A DNA stretch of 64,000 nucleotides, from contig JAMWBK010000003.1 of assembly GCA_029953675.1 (NCBI GenBank), positions 1,674,001 through 1,738,000 on the forward strand, in the 5' to 3' direction. Below are positions 23,365 to 39,257 of the stretch, in pieces. Under the pieces are notes generated by a model that saw only the letters and a program-made list of their open reading frames with translations, searched no databases and had not been told where the DNA came from. This stretch comes from Rhodosorus marinus CCMP1338 (lineage: Eukaryota; Plantae; Rhodophyta). Position 1 is the first letter of the stretch. Each line of letters starts with the position of its first letter. The position numbers and the translations under genes were made by a program.

Positions 23365-24245
23365 CTTATTATATACAATTGCCACACACACACTCACACA
23401 CACAAAACCACTTAAACTCTATAAGCTCTAACAAAACCAAAAGAAATATAACTTCTCAAGGAATGAAAAACCAAGCCTTCTCCGTGCCTAAACAAGTCTT
23501 CCGCCTCGCTGCCTGCTGATAACAAATCCATCTATCCCCTTCATTCAAACACTACATCTTCTTCCCTCCTGACACTTTTCCAACCACTAAGATGCTGCCT
23601 CCTGGTTTTCGGAGAACTACTTTCGGGATGATCTAGGTTGGCGTACTTGACTTCCTAGCGAGTGAAATCTGTCCGTGAAGATCTGGAGTGATGGTAGTAG
23701 AATTTCCACTCAAAAACTAGAGACCAGCTGCTGAACGCTTAAAGCTTATTGCTGGAACTTATTTTCGAGAAGATCTAGATCGGCTGGTTGGATGAAATCT
23801 GGTCTCTAAAAATCTGTGGTAGCCGTAGTAGAAAGCTCGGCTTGGAAACTATAGCCATTAGCTCAAACGGTTCAGCTTGTCTCCTACGCCCGAGAACGGA
23901 CGAATGGGCTTGAACTGTTGTGGTTTTGACGACACTCGTGATGATTTAGATCGCCAAGACGGGTTCTGGGTTCGGCGCTCAAGAGTTTTGTAGTAGTGTT
24001 GGTTCGAAGACCACTGTGGAACGGAGGTACTGTCCCTGATCGCTCTCGATAACCTGCCACGGTTTGCGCAAGTGTCTTTCTTGATGCTCAAGGAGACTGA
24101 GTTGCTTATATAAAAGAGTGGTGCGTTTTACAAAATTCCATAGGGTTCGCTTAACATAGTATATATACACTTTGAACGTCGAAAACCAGGGGCGGGTAGG
24201 GGTGATTGGTCTCAGCGGTTTCCTCCGTCGGGTTGTTCTGAACGG

Positions 24246-27200
24246 CTAACTGTGTCTCGAGTCACTTCCCTTTGTGTCCCACGACATTAAGGTTTCATCA
24301 GAGTAGTCAGCAGATACACTGAATTTGACCAGGTCGCTTGCCGATTGCTTCATGTCTGACTTGTCGCAAAGAAAGTCTTGCTGTGAGCTGGGGCCTGGGT
24401 CTTCCTGCATGCTCCCCGGCTCCTTACGATCCTCGTCAAGGAGTAAATCCGCTCTTCTAGGGGGTTTGTTCCCTCCTTCCGGTTGTGAAGGAAGGAGCAC
24501 TTCATCGCCTGTAGTCTCGCTACTCTGGGGTCCTTTTCGCTCCGGCAAGGGCACTGATGATGCTCCCCGGTTGCTTTGGTCGTCCTTAACGCTCACAGGA
24601 GGTCGGGTGAACGCCGCTTCTCCCCCAGGCTGCTCGTGAGTCAAAGTGGAAGGGCCACCTTCGAGTACAAGCGCGTCAACGCCTCCTCTAATTGCTTGGA
24701 TATTTTCATGTTCCGGTTGTGGACCGCCAGGAATTGCGCCCATCGAGTTATCGACAAGTCCATCATTCTCCCTGTCGAATGTGACCAACTTGTGTCTGGG
24801 TTCATCAGAGAAGTCGATCAGGACACTTTGCAAGTTCAAATTTGCATCTCTGCGATCTCCCTGAGTCTCTCCATCCAAAGAAATTAGTAATTGCTCGCCC
24901 TGGGTCGCGTTTTGAGACTGCTCCCCTTTTGAGCTTTCCGAAAACGAGATAAGCTTGGCCGGCTCCTCAGGCGCTGCATCATCATTCGCACTCAACTCGA
25001 CCCCGGCATCTTGCTGCTTCTCGACATCTTTTTTGCCGTCCTTCGCATCCTCTTTCTCCGCTTCTCGTTTCTTTCGCTCCGTCTCAAGTTCTGCGAGTTC
25101 TTCCCAAGTAAGCAGTTTCCCTTTCTCAATCAGTAGCTCCTTGCGAATTCGAAGAAACCTCTTCTCCTCGATAATTACTTTGATTCCCCCGTCAGCATCG
25201 ATCTCTGCGTTAGTCAAGAATCTCAGCTTACCAGGTGCAAACCGATTCTCCCATTTCACAAAGACCTGTTGCCGATCCCAACGATCATCAGATTAAATCC
25301 CCATCCCAATGAACACGTAAGTTCCGTCCCGCCAATCCTTACCTCTCCCAATACCCGTGTCCCGTTAATGGTTTTCGACACGGTCATGTCAGCCCATGCA
25401 AGGGGTGTACGGCGCTTGTCGGTTTCCAAAAGCCGAATGGACATTGCACGCTGGTTCTCGGAGCAGTTCGTGAACAACCGGTGAGCACGACAAGGGAAGC
25501 TCTCTTCCTTGGAGAATACCTCCTCCACCCTGCGGCCAGTAACCTCAATTCCAATTCCCATCGCCAGGCGATTGGGGTCCTCACTATCCTCCTGTACGTC
25601 CCCCTCAGCCTCAGCTAAGACTATTGCGCCATGGTTCTTCTCCGCATCTGCTCCCTTCTGGGTGGGCACAAAAACGGCGCTCTTAGTTCCAAGTCCAGTG
25701 AGCGGACTTTGCGATGACGAAAATCCGTGGGTCTCAAACTACCTCGGCGCTGCGACTGGAAGCCTTCCTGTTTCCGTCGAGTTCGAAGTCCGGTGGAACG
25801 GAATCAAAAGAGTCTCTGTCGTTAGAAGACTTAGACCTCATCGACGACGAACTCTTCTTCTTGTTCCACCACCACGACTTGGACTTTTTCTTCTTTGACA
25901 AATCCACAGAGAAAGCATTCTAACGAGGCCAGAAAATCAACCGGGATCAGTAGTCGAGAACAGAAGAGGTGTGAACCCATCAATCGATCCCCTCTCTTAC
26001 CGAACTCGCAGTTGAAGATACCGTGGCATTGGATTTTCCCGTTCCAACAACCTCGGGGCTCCTGAAATCCCTCTGCGACGATGACCCATCTGGAATGTCT
26101 GACCGTGCGAGAGACATGATCACCATCGGACATGTGAGTTGACCCTGGAAAGAATGGAAATGGAAATCCACGTAGAAGCCTGAGTACCTACCTCCTTGAA
26201 TTGTAAAGTCACCGTTCCAGGTCCAAAAGTCTTCATCGTCATTGTTCTCCGTATATAGTAACGTCTGGCCCTCGCCTACTCCAGTTGCTTTCTTATCAAA
26301 ATGGTCTGCACGTTGATCGAGGTCGCGCATAGCCTTCTCTTCCCAGTACGACAAGCTGTCGTCGGAAAAATCGTCTATGTCGTCCATTTCCGCAGCTGTC
26401 GTAAAGGAAACGAAAGACGGTTGTTAGAATGATTCGGTTTGCTTTTCTGAAGTTCTGCGAATGCTGCCCACCGGCACGCTTTCTCTTCATGTGCTGCTCG
26501 GTAGTTAAAATAGTGGCCGGCGGCATTGTTACGCAGCCCGATCCAACGCCTAGAGATACGAAAATCCTGACCATTGACGCCTGAAGGTCACGGTGGGATC
26601 TTACTCCAATGAATGACAGGTTAATGCTTTCAACATCCTCGAGGAGAATCCTGCTCAGACCAGCAATTTTAACGCCCGGGTTCGTCCTGGAAAAGCAAGT
26701 CAATGAATTTTACCACCACGCTCACAGAGTCAGGGAGCAGTTGCGCAATGCGGTTTCCTTCGTACGTCAGAGCTTACGTTCTATGGAAAAAGGCCAAATG
26801 CCAATCCGTTGAACAGTACCCGTTAACAAGCCGCGAGGCCACGGCCTGAGGATTACCCAGCAAACTATGGTTAGCCCGTGGAGTCATATGTCAGCGAAAC
26901 ACTTTCGAGTGTCCCAGATGCACCCACCTGCTTTATTAACTTCCAACGCTCCGACTCTCCGGACACGGGGGCTCCAATTAGAAAGGCCGAGTCTACGATC
27001 CCACGCGCTCCTCCTAGGTAGATGTCGATTTCAGCTTGATGCATAAGATCAAAAGAGGGGATTGGCTCTCGGTTTAAACCTTACTCTTGGCTAGGGACTC
27101 CAAGCACTTGAAAACAACTCTAGCTCCGAGGGAATACCCCACCAGCGTTAAGGGTCTTTTTCCGTAGCCTCTCTCCACCAGCACATCTGCAAGTTGCTCC

Positions 27201-30026
27201 CCTGCGGATTTTATGACGGCGTTTGGGGAATGGCTGTTTAGTTTCTGTCCCTATCGAGCGCATTGCTTTTGAAGGTTTCCTCCCACCTGCTCCATTTGCC
27301 CTCGAAACGAGTACTGACCAAGGGTTATCGATATAATCCATCGCCGATATTACGGTAAGTGGAAAAGCAATGGCTGCAGCGACCGCGCCAGCAACTGCGG
27401 ACGCTGCTCCGAGAACGTGAGGGTACACTTGCTGGACGGTTGTTACCGTCGCTTTGGAAGCCCAAAACTTTGCAAACGCACGAGCCATCTGTACTAGCCG
27501 CTTCGTCTCCCAGCGCAGTGCGACGTGCTCGGAGCATGGTACCGTTAACTAGAATTCAAGTAAAATCGACTTCTTTCAGCTTTTCGACCAGACGCCGACC
27601 TTGCGTGGCTCACAAGCAAAAGGCTTGTCCATCTCGCATGAATTTCGGGCAGATTGCTCCGTTTATGATGGTTACCTCTAGGCCAAGTTTGAATTGATCC
27701 AGAGCGGACCCAAAATATCTGCTCACAAGCCACCCGGGTACACATAAGCACGTGTGCAGGGCAATGGATGACTCCTTGGCATTCGCCTCTAACAGCGCTT
27801 GCTGAGCTGCCTGGTCAATCCTGTCCATTTCTGCTTTGTCTTCGTCGCTGGAGCCACCCAAGTCTTCCAGGTCCCTGTCCCGTCTCTTGCCTTTCTTTCG
27901 CTTCCAGTTCCTCTTCTTTTTTTTCTTTTTATGAGCAAGCATCTCGTCCTGCCCGCTGTCTCCTCCGCCTTCGGTGACATCCGCTGTTTTGTTTTCCTTC
28001 ACCTCGTTCCTTTGCTCCGTGGCCTCCCTCCTCTTCGTTCGCGCCTCGATCTTTGCAGCTCGTTTTGCCTTGGCCGCAGCAATCCGAGGATCTCCTTTCC
28101 GTTCAAAATCAAACTCTGAGACCGAGAGTTGGGTTCTTTTCCTAGCCTTCGAACCTGTTTGAGACAATTCCCATTTGAGTAAAAGAACATATACTAACAA
28201 CGTCACATGTTCTCCAATCACATACCAGCAATTCCAGAGCCAAAAGCCCCAAAGAGCCCACCCACAGCGGCGCCTGAGGCGACCGTACCAGTCGCAGCCA
28301 ACGTCGCTGCCCCGGCGACCCCTATACCGGCAAGCGATGCCAGCAGTGCAGGAGCAATAAGACCCCCGGTAACTCCAAACATTAGTCCACCGGCGATAGC
28401 AATTCCGGACACTTTCGCTGCCCTTCTCAGCCTCCGTTTTCTCCTTCTCTTGTCTCTATACGCCTTCTCCAACTGCTGCGCCTCCTAGACAACCAAACCA
28501 TAGTTTTATGTCAGCAGGGGGCATTTTAATGTGTTGGGTGAACTAGGTACCTGGTCTATCTCATTCTGCATCTCTGACTGCATTTCCTTTTCCTGCTTTG
28601 CCAATTCCTCTGCAATAGCGTACAAATGTGTCGCTATTGCCAGCTCTACCGCTGCCACTCGTCTCCATTGTATATCGAACGTAGAAGCAACTTTGAACAG
28701 TAGAGCCTGTGACAAGCACGAGAAAGCTGGAAACGTTAATATCCCGATTCAATTCCTCGGGATGGAACTCCAGCGAGACTTACCCTGCAGCGAGCATCGT
28801 ACTCGCCGTTTGACAGCGAAATCAGGAGAAGAACTTGTATGCAGATGAATCTGCTTCCGTCATTCTGTATCACATCCTTGCACTGGTTTAAATGTTCCCC
28901 TACGAGATGATTGCTCTCCAGGTTCATGTTCAGTAGAACTTCTTTGTTCGGCTCGGACAATGAGAGAACGTCCAGTACGTTCCTTGCAAATTCTAGGACA
29001 TTCACGAGCTCTCGTTCAGTTGCGCGATGCACTGCTTGCCTTGCAAACCACAAGGAAGGGTGGCGTAGGAATGGACTTGCTCATCCGCATACCTCTCGAG
29101 AACTTGGCAACAACACCGTCGTCCGAATCAATCTCCAGCAGAGTACAAGTTAATGACCCCAGAAAGTACCGTTCCTCATCGGAAAGGCCTGCTCGTATTC
29201 TATCTGCCATCGCTTGAATTGACCCTTCTTGTCCACCATTTTCCAGGTCCCTGGCATCCTCTTCCGTATTGTCGGAGAGATTGCTGTTCGAGTGCGTACT
29301 CGAGGCGTCCTCAAAAGTCCCCCAATCTTCACTGTTCAGTGGGTTCTCACCTTGGGGAACCACAAAGGAATGAGAGTACACTGATCGTTAACTATCGCGT
29401 GCGACCGAAAGCGATGGATCAGGGCTGCACGGCACAAGTCTTAATTCTCCAGTTGTTGTCTCACAATGCCTACCAATAAAGTTTTGCCACATGCTCATAG
29501 CGTTCTTGACGTCGTCGGACTTTTCTTGGTCTGCCTGCGCGAGTAGCTCAGCTCCCACGACATCCGCATCATTGGAACGTAGGCTTCTCATAGTCTCCGC
29601 TCTCTGAAGATCACCCCATTCATCGGATTCAGAACCAGCCCCAGATGCGCTATATCCATCTTCGTGACCAGTCCCGAAAAGATCTAGTGCGGAAGAAGAC
29701 CTTGGCGGCGCATTTGACGGTCCCGGTATTGGCTTTCTACTGTCGAGAAACAGAAATGCTCCTTTCTCGCTTCCCGTCTCCCCGCTAGTGGAGGATGAAT
29801 GTCCTCCATATTCATACTGTAATCTCGCGTTTTCGGAACCGGGCACTGCTTCTTCATCAAGCAAGTTCGAAGATACCAAATGAGCAGTACCCGATCTCGC
29901 GCTCACCGGAGCGCTCCTCCCATCCTCCGAATAGGAATCCCCAAAGTCCACGAAGTCGACAAAATCCCTCGCATCTTCCGAGCTTTCCTTCCCTGAACAA
30001 AGCTCAGTAGGCTGTCCCGCTTCCAT
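24246..30026 (-). CDS. TMCO4: TMCO4/DUF726 (Mil1-like) alpha/beta-hydrolase membrane protein with long N- and C-terminal extensions; many exons
   Basis: Gly/Ala-rich TM region (GGLMFGVTGGLIAPALL), DNPWSV, KRPLTLVGYSLGARVVF, RLVNGYCSTDWHLAFFHR and IAGL...ESINLS...SHRDL are present. An in-frame intron links to the 25980-26387 exon and onward to 24246. The C-terminal joins are hand-inferred. Confidence 0.75.
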
Positions 30027-30359
30027 GATTCAAAAGGCCAAACTAAAGCGAAAAGGACCTCTAGCGGACTACAAAACCTCCATCACATCTCCTTGCCCGC
30101 AGAGAACCTTTCCGAGTCATCGCTGTCCAACAAAGATCATCCGTCTCTGCAGACGCAGATTTCTTCAAAACTCAAACCATTTCACGCAAAACTACGACAA
30201 TGAACGATGTGTATATCTTACGGTCAGCTCCTAATTACAAATCCTCAACAAGACCCGACCAAAATCTCTTCTTCAAAGTTACCCTCTGCACCCTTAAGAA
30301 GCTCTGCAACAACACCAACAATTTGACAGAAAGTAAAAATTGTGTACCAACTTAGAACC

Positions 30360-30865
30360 CAAAGAACATGAAATTCAAAACTTTTTTGTGCGTTAGTAAC
30401 ATTTGCCGAAAAGCCTTTTTTTGGCCCAGTACGATGGTAACAATGTCCAACTAGCAAAGCTCGTCAGGGCCATGCAAACAGCTAAAAAAACGAGCATGAA
30501 ACCAACGGCCGACCAGCTTAGGCTGCTAACATTAGTCGAAAACTCTTCACTTGGCCCAGAAGGATGTGTGTAACAATGTAGGCAAAGCCCGCGAGGGCCA
30601 AGGAAACAGCTCAAACAGAGAGCATGTATAATAATATCCGAAAAAGCTCTTTTTGGCCAAGTAGCGTGGTGAACAATGTCCAATTAGCGAAGCCCGCAAA
30701 GGGCTGAGCGAAACAGCTCAAAAAACAAGCACGGAACATTGGCGGACCTGTTGCTGGTTGGCCCCGCTAGCGTTGCCAATTATTGTATTGGGAAATTTTT
30801 CATACGGAACCGCAAGAATATGAAATTCAAAATAAGTTTTAAGGGTCCGTAACATTTGCCTAACG
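30360..30865. repeat. Degenerate direct-repeat modules (3 copies of a ~100-130-bp unit)
   Basis: GAAAA..TTGGCC(C/A)AG..AACAATGT..GC(A/G)AAGC..AGGGC..AAACAGCT..AGCA at ~30408, ~30539 and ~30640. AAGAA(C/T)ATGAAATTCAAAA..GTAACATTTGCC occurs at ~30362 and ~30815. Confidence 0.65.
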
Positions 30866-31613
30866 AGCTTGGCCAGGGTGGAGAGTTCAAAATAGTTAAT
30901 GTTTTATGTAACATTGGGCATTCGGAGCTGGCCAAGTTTTGTGGACGAGGAACAAAACTTTGGATTAGTTCTCGAGTTGTTTTGAGGGTTTTGACGGCAT
31001 GGTCTCAACCCTTCGAGTTATAGACCTCACTGTCAAAGTAGCTCAAGGCCCTTTGTGCGAGTTCTGGTTTGGAAATCTCAACCTGGCCCTCTAGTGGTAA
31101 GGTTGGCATCGACAGCACAACAACACGGGCATTTACATCGGAGGGCCACAGCCAGCCTGCAGAATGGTGGAATAGAGGCAACACATAAGACCTTGCCAAA
31201 TCCTAGAGAGAACCCTCGTTATGCTTGGCGGAGCTTGGGTTATCCGCCAGAGATCACGAGTCTTGGTACATATGATTGCGAGTATTCCCAAAGCATCTTC
31301 GGTTCAGAAACGATTGTTGGCCAATACGCCTCATATAGAAGCTGTACCGCTTCCTGGACGACAGCGTCCTTCCCAGGCGAAGCGTTCTAGTACTCTCATC
31401 TGCTACCCAAGCTTCTCTGAAAGCGGTGTATTGGAAATCGGTAGCAAAAATCGCCATGGCTCGAACGGCGTCCCTAGTCTCCCTTAGGAATCCTTAGACT
31501 GGTCTTTACGCAGCGGTGGTATTCCAATGAGAGATTATGCCAGTGAGATTCCTGGCTCTAGAGCTCAGGATCTCTCGTTCGCACGCATTCTCGATCCTTG
31601 TAACATCATACCC

Positions 31614-31852
31614 CTACTCCTTCGAGTGGGTGTCTTCGATCTCTTTCTTTTCGCCGTACCTGACGACTTTTTGTACTTTGTCCGGGACCAAGTAAGTTCC
31701 CACATTAGCAAATGAGCCCAGCACGACAACGCCAATCATTCCCAACACCTGAAATAAGAAGAGAAAAAGCAGACTCCCTGACTTAGCCTCTGCCAGAGAA
31801 TGCAGACGGCTTTCGATCAACTCACCAAAACCTTTCCAGCCTTGGATGCCAT
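31614..31852 (-). CDS. Putative 53-aa single-TM microprotein; 2 exons
   Basis: ATG at 31852. Exon 1 is MASKAGKVL, followed by a 77-bp intron GTGAGT..TTTCAG (31825-31749). Exon 2 is VLGMIGVVVLGSFANVGTYLVPDKVQKVVRYGEKKEIEDTHSKE*. Confidence 0.5.
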
Positions 31853-32163
31853 TCCTCTACAGACCACCCAAAACAAAAACAGACAAGACCTGCGAAGTCT
31901 CACACCGAAATTCCGCCAAAGATAGGTCTCACCCCTCAAGCTACCGCGAGTGATTCACCATAAATAATAAGAGAAAAAGAGGACTCCCTACCTAGCCGAG
32001 CAGACCAAGCGGACGGCCTTCGATCAACTCACCAAAACCTTTCCAGCCCTGGATGCCGTTCCTCTCCAGACACCAAAAACAAAAGTCAAAAGGACCTGAG
32101 AAGCCTCAACCTGAAATTCCACAAAAGATGGGTCTCACTCCTCAAGCTACCGCGAGTGATTCC
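31752..32163. repeat. 210-bp tandem duplication covering 5' region, exon 1 and intron of the microprotein gene
   Basis: Copies start at 31752 and 31962. The upstream copy has ATG>ACG and the acceptor TTTCAG>TTTATG. Confidence 0.88.
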
Positions 32164-32719
32164 ACGTGCCTCCTCAGATCTGCCATCCCCGCACCGATTA
32201 CAACAGGAACTGATCCATGCTCGGTTTCCCGCCTGTGGCAGTGCATCCCATTCTAACTCTCAACACCCCTCCGCCTCCGCGGAAGAGCGCCAAGCGACTG
32301 CAACCTTGCTGGGACAGATCGTCTACGAAGTACAAGATGGCCCCACGAAGATGAGGTAGATGTCCACACCCCCTAGTTCTCACTCGAGCTACAACCGGTC
32401 GTGACCCCGGCCAACTGAAAGAGTGCCAATTTCCACGTATATATATATCTTCCCGAAAATATATTAATGGTTATTGTGGGTTTAGTTTTGAGTTGGGTCT
32501 GACTTCCTGTGGTTGAGTAAGAAACGAGGTTGTGTCGTGTGCGTTCTACAGAACCTTTAGGGACCTAGAAAGAAGCTGAAGAACATAGTTGTACGGATGA
32601 ATGTTTCCACAACTGTCTCTTCCCGCGTGGTGGGACCCTCGGTCGGAGGACCCCTTCTGGTTTGACTCTATGATTTTGGTGGTAGTGTTTTCTTACAATG
32701 TTCATCATCCGCTACTTCA

Positions 32720-33065
32720 ATTCGTGTCTATGAGAAAGGCGTCCACATCGCCTGGTTCTTACCAATTCAGTGGCGACTGAGGGTAGTGCTGAAAAAAAAG
32801 CCTAAGGACTCGTAGCTATATGAGATGTCCAGACATCCCAGCTCCCATTACACTTCGTGTAGACGAGCGAGACGTACACACCACCTACTTCTCACCAATT
32901 AAGCTATGAACAAGGCTAGTTTAAATGAAAGAGATGAAAGCCTCAATTCGTGTAGATGGAAGAGATGTCCCCACCGTTGGTTGCAAGTTGCGACCAAGCC
33001 TTGCGTCTAAAGAGAAAAAACACAAACCACTGTTCGTGTAGATGAGAGCGATGCCCACAACAACT
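32720..33065. repeat. Degenerate repeat TTCGTGT(A/C)..., 4 copies
   Basis: Motif at 32721, 32854, 32947 and 33033 (spacings 133, 93, 86). Partial similarity extends ~40 bp beyond the motif in the first two copies. Confidence 0.6.
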
Positions 33066-33427
33066 GCTTATTGAGAGCCTACGAGAGGCTGATGACCCGC
33101 GTCCAACAATAAAGCGGACAGATGGGTTGATAAAGCAGCGTTCGAACGCCAGAGAGTCGCAGATAGCTCCATGAGGAGGCTATGAAGACGAGCTGGATCG
33201 GTACGAAGAAGCCACGAAGTCCATGAGAGCTTACGCTACCCATTACAGAAGCACTCGATAATGATTGAAACAACACGATACGTCAACGCCGAGTCGTGAA
33301 ACAGAGAGTTCAACGACTCGGCGTATTATGACTCTTTCAATCGCCAATATCCACACCGCCCACTCTCACAAATGAAAACAGCGCTGTCTCACCCGTTTGT
33401 AACCACTCACCGTCGAGAACTTTGGCC

Positions 33428-34195
33428 TAGTGGATAGTAGTGCTTCTCGCTGGCTTCGTCGTGCCTTCGCAATGCCCCCAGCCGTCTTGACAGGCCTCCT
33501 CACAGAATTCTCTTCAATACTCCGGCGCCGTTGACGCTACTTTGGTTGTTGGACGGGCATCATCAGCGTCTCGCTTTACCCTCCTCAGTGTAGTAGATAG
33601 AGCTCTTGAGTAAACGCATGATGAATGGATCGGCGCACAAGGCGAGTGAGCAAAGAGAGAGACAAGCCATAGTTTATCTCCTCACGGAATTCTCTTCAAC
33701 ACTCCGCCGCTCTTAACCCTACTTTCTTTGTTGAACGTGCGTCATCAGCGTCTCCCTTTACCAACCTCAGGGTAGTAGATAGAGCTCTGAGCAAACAATT
33801 ATGAATGTAGCGGCGAACAAGGCCAGCGAGGAAAGAGCGCGACAGGCCATATACTTCATCTCCTCGCGGAATTCTCTTCAACCCTCTGGCGCTCCTTCAA
33901 CGCTACTTTCGTTGTTGAACGTGCGTCATCAGCGTCTCCCATTACCCACCTGGCTTAGTGGATAGCATTGCTCCTCGCTGGCTTCGTCGTGTCTTTCGCA
34001 ATGCCCCCAGGCGTCTTGACAGGCCTCACCGTAGAACTCTCTTCAATACTCTGGCGCTGTTAACGCTACTTTGGTTGTTGGATATGGATCATCAGCGTCT
34101 CCCTTTAACCTCCTCAGGGTAGTAAACAGAGCTCTGAGCAACGCATGGTCAATGAAGCGGCGAACCAGCCGAGTGAGGGAAGAGAGAGACAAGCG
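33428..34195. repeat. Higher-order mosaic tandem repeat (module order C-A-B-A-B-A-C-A-B)
   Basis: Module A (GAA(T/C)TCTCTTCAA..CATCAGCGTCTC) at 33505, 33687, 33869 and 34034. Module C (TAGTGGATAG..CTCGCTGGCTTCGTCGTG) at 33428 and 33956. Module B is CTCAG(G/T)GTAGTA..AGAGCTCT. Confidence 0.88.
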
Positions 34196-34443
34196 ATACT
34201 TTCCGTGTGCATTGGATATTTATTATGTTTTAGATATTTTTGGGAGCATTTTGGTCTGGTGAGGAAGGTGAGAATATGAGAACTGGAAATTTTGGTTGAC
34301 TGAGGTGGTGAGATATTGGTCTTGACAGTATATATATCTTGGGAAAGCCTTCTGCATGTGGAGGGGAATGGGGGAACGAAGGTGAGGATGGTAAGGGTTG
34401 GAGGCGGTAGGAGATAGGAAGATTAGTTATTGGGAGGGGAAGG

Positions 34444-35747
34444 ATGGGATTTTTAGTATTGAGTAGTGGTGTTTTAAGGGGTGGTGAGAGGAGGAGGTTG
34501 AGTGATGGATGTTGCTCGACGCGTGGGGATTGGCGGATGGTTGGTAAGAGGAAGTTGTTGAGGAGGAAGTCATTGGATGATGAAGATGGAGACAAGTGGA
34601 AGGTTTCTCAGGAGGCGTATGGAGGGAATGACAACGGGATTGTTGAGGATGGTAAACGAAGGGAGAAGCTTTGGGCAGAGGTTGGTGGATTTTCTTTCGG
34701 CCCTGAGACTGCGTTGAGTGGATTGTTTCTGAACGTTGATGGGATTTGTGGTTGTTACTTTTAGATTGAGGCGCTGGAGACTTACCTGAAACGAGTGGTG
34801 AGCGCTGAACGCTATGGAGAGGCGTCTGAGATCAAGGAAGAGATCGACACCCTGAAAAGGAGAGATCCGTACGAGTTGCTGAAAATTGACCTGGATATGG
34901 CTGTATCAGAAGAAAGATACATGGATGCAGCAGAGGTCCGATGCTGATCTTGAATGATGGCTCTTATTGATCCCTTTCTGCTATCGCATCCCGCTAACAG
35001 AAATGCATTCCGGTATGGCTAATTCAGATTCGTGACAAGTTGAAAGCCATCTCACCACCTCCAAGAACGAAGGAAGAGCCCGGGAAGAATACAAAAGCTC
35101 AGTGGCCTCCTGCGGCTGCTTCTAGTAAGTCTGAACTCGTTTCCAACGGGATTCGAGTACAAATGGAGAGCTTCTACATTGCCGAGCAGAGCAAACCTGA
35201 AGATAAACTATACATTTTTGGCTATAAGGTAACTTTTTTAGCCGAAAACCCGGGACGAGTTCTTTCTTACTGTACTCGAAAGTGAACATGGAGGAAAAAT
35301 CTCATATTGTTCAAAAAAAGGTGGTCGTTACGAACGAATCCGCAAACACGGTGCAGTTAATCTCGAGACATCTCAAAGTCCGATTTGCGGGAGGAGACGG
35401 GGTTGTTTGGGATATCCAGGGTCCTGGCGTTGTCGGTCGTCAGCCTGTTCTTGAGCCCAAGGAAAAGTTCACCTACACAAGCCTTTGTCCATTCAAAAAC
35501 CCACCACAGGTATATGAAAGCAAACCATTACAGGTTATGTCTAGTCACATCTGGTGTGATTGGGTCTATGCTCATAGTCGTACTTTCCGACCGACAGGAT
35601 CCCATTGCAGGAAAGCCGGTAGGCTCAATGTCGGGAACCTACAAGTTTGTATTTGGTAGTACTGGAGCAGAGTCCTTTGACTCTACAATCATGGAGTACT
35701 TCTTCATTTTTCCGAAAGGAGAGGGCGACAGCGGGGAAAGCAAGTAG
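34444..35747 (+). CDS. Plastid-targeted UVR-domain + ApaG-domain protein; multi-exon
   Basis: Transit peptide MGFLVLSSG. Two UVR-like helices (LKRVVSAERYGEASEIKEEI, LDMAVSEERYMDAAEIRDKL). ApaG core: GIRVQMESFYIAEQS, VTNESANTVQLISRH, GPGVVGRQPVLEP..FTYTS.CP, GSMSGTY. Confidence 0.85.
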
Positions 35748-36228
35748 TCGCGATCGGTTTTGGAGTGCATATGGAGTCGGTGATTATGTTAACCTGCAGC
35801 GGTATTTGTGAGAGCAGGAAAGATTTGCACTGCTTGTGGACTGACTGTTCACTCCGAGTTGTTTTGGAGGAGATTTCGTGCGAACAATTTGGAAATGTCT
35901 CCTCTGTTTGAGACTGGATTAACGGACATCCAACGAGTTTATGAAAACGCTGGAACGAGGCCATATGCTTTGTTAAGGGTTGTAATAAAACCAGAGGCGT
36001 GAGTTCCCCTACTTGGTGCACGATCCCAACGTGCAAAGAGCCTTTGTATGCCAGTTCTCTTTTGGGCGGGGTGCCTACAATAATGCCTACGCGTGTGTTT
36101 TAAGTGAAACATCCATCTTGTTCGACAAATGCGCATCAGCTGCTTTTTCTGTTATCTTAACAGGCTTTTTACACTAGAGGAGTTGCTCAGCACTCGCCTA
36201 CATTGACCGGGTCTCCATCGGAATGTTG

Positions 36229-39257
<3,029 letters not shown>

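Noticed and set aside
22875-23519. 214-aa Pro/Leu-rich ORF on +
   Set aside because: Antisense shadow of the acidic MED31 exon.
32720-33065. Short conserved motifs separated by variable spacers (CRISPR-like at a glance)
   Set aside because: The motifs are highly degenerate, spacing is irregular (86-133 bp), the spacers share residual similarity, and there are no cas genes.
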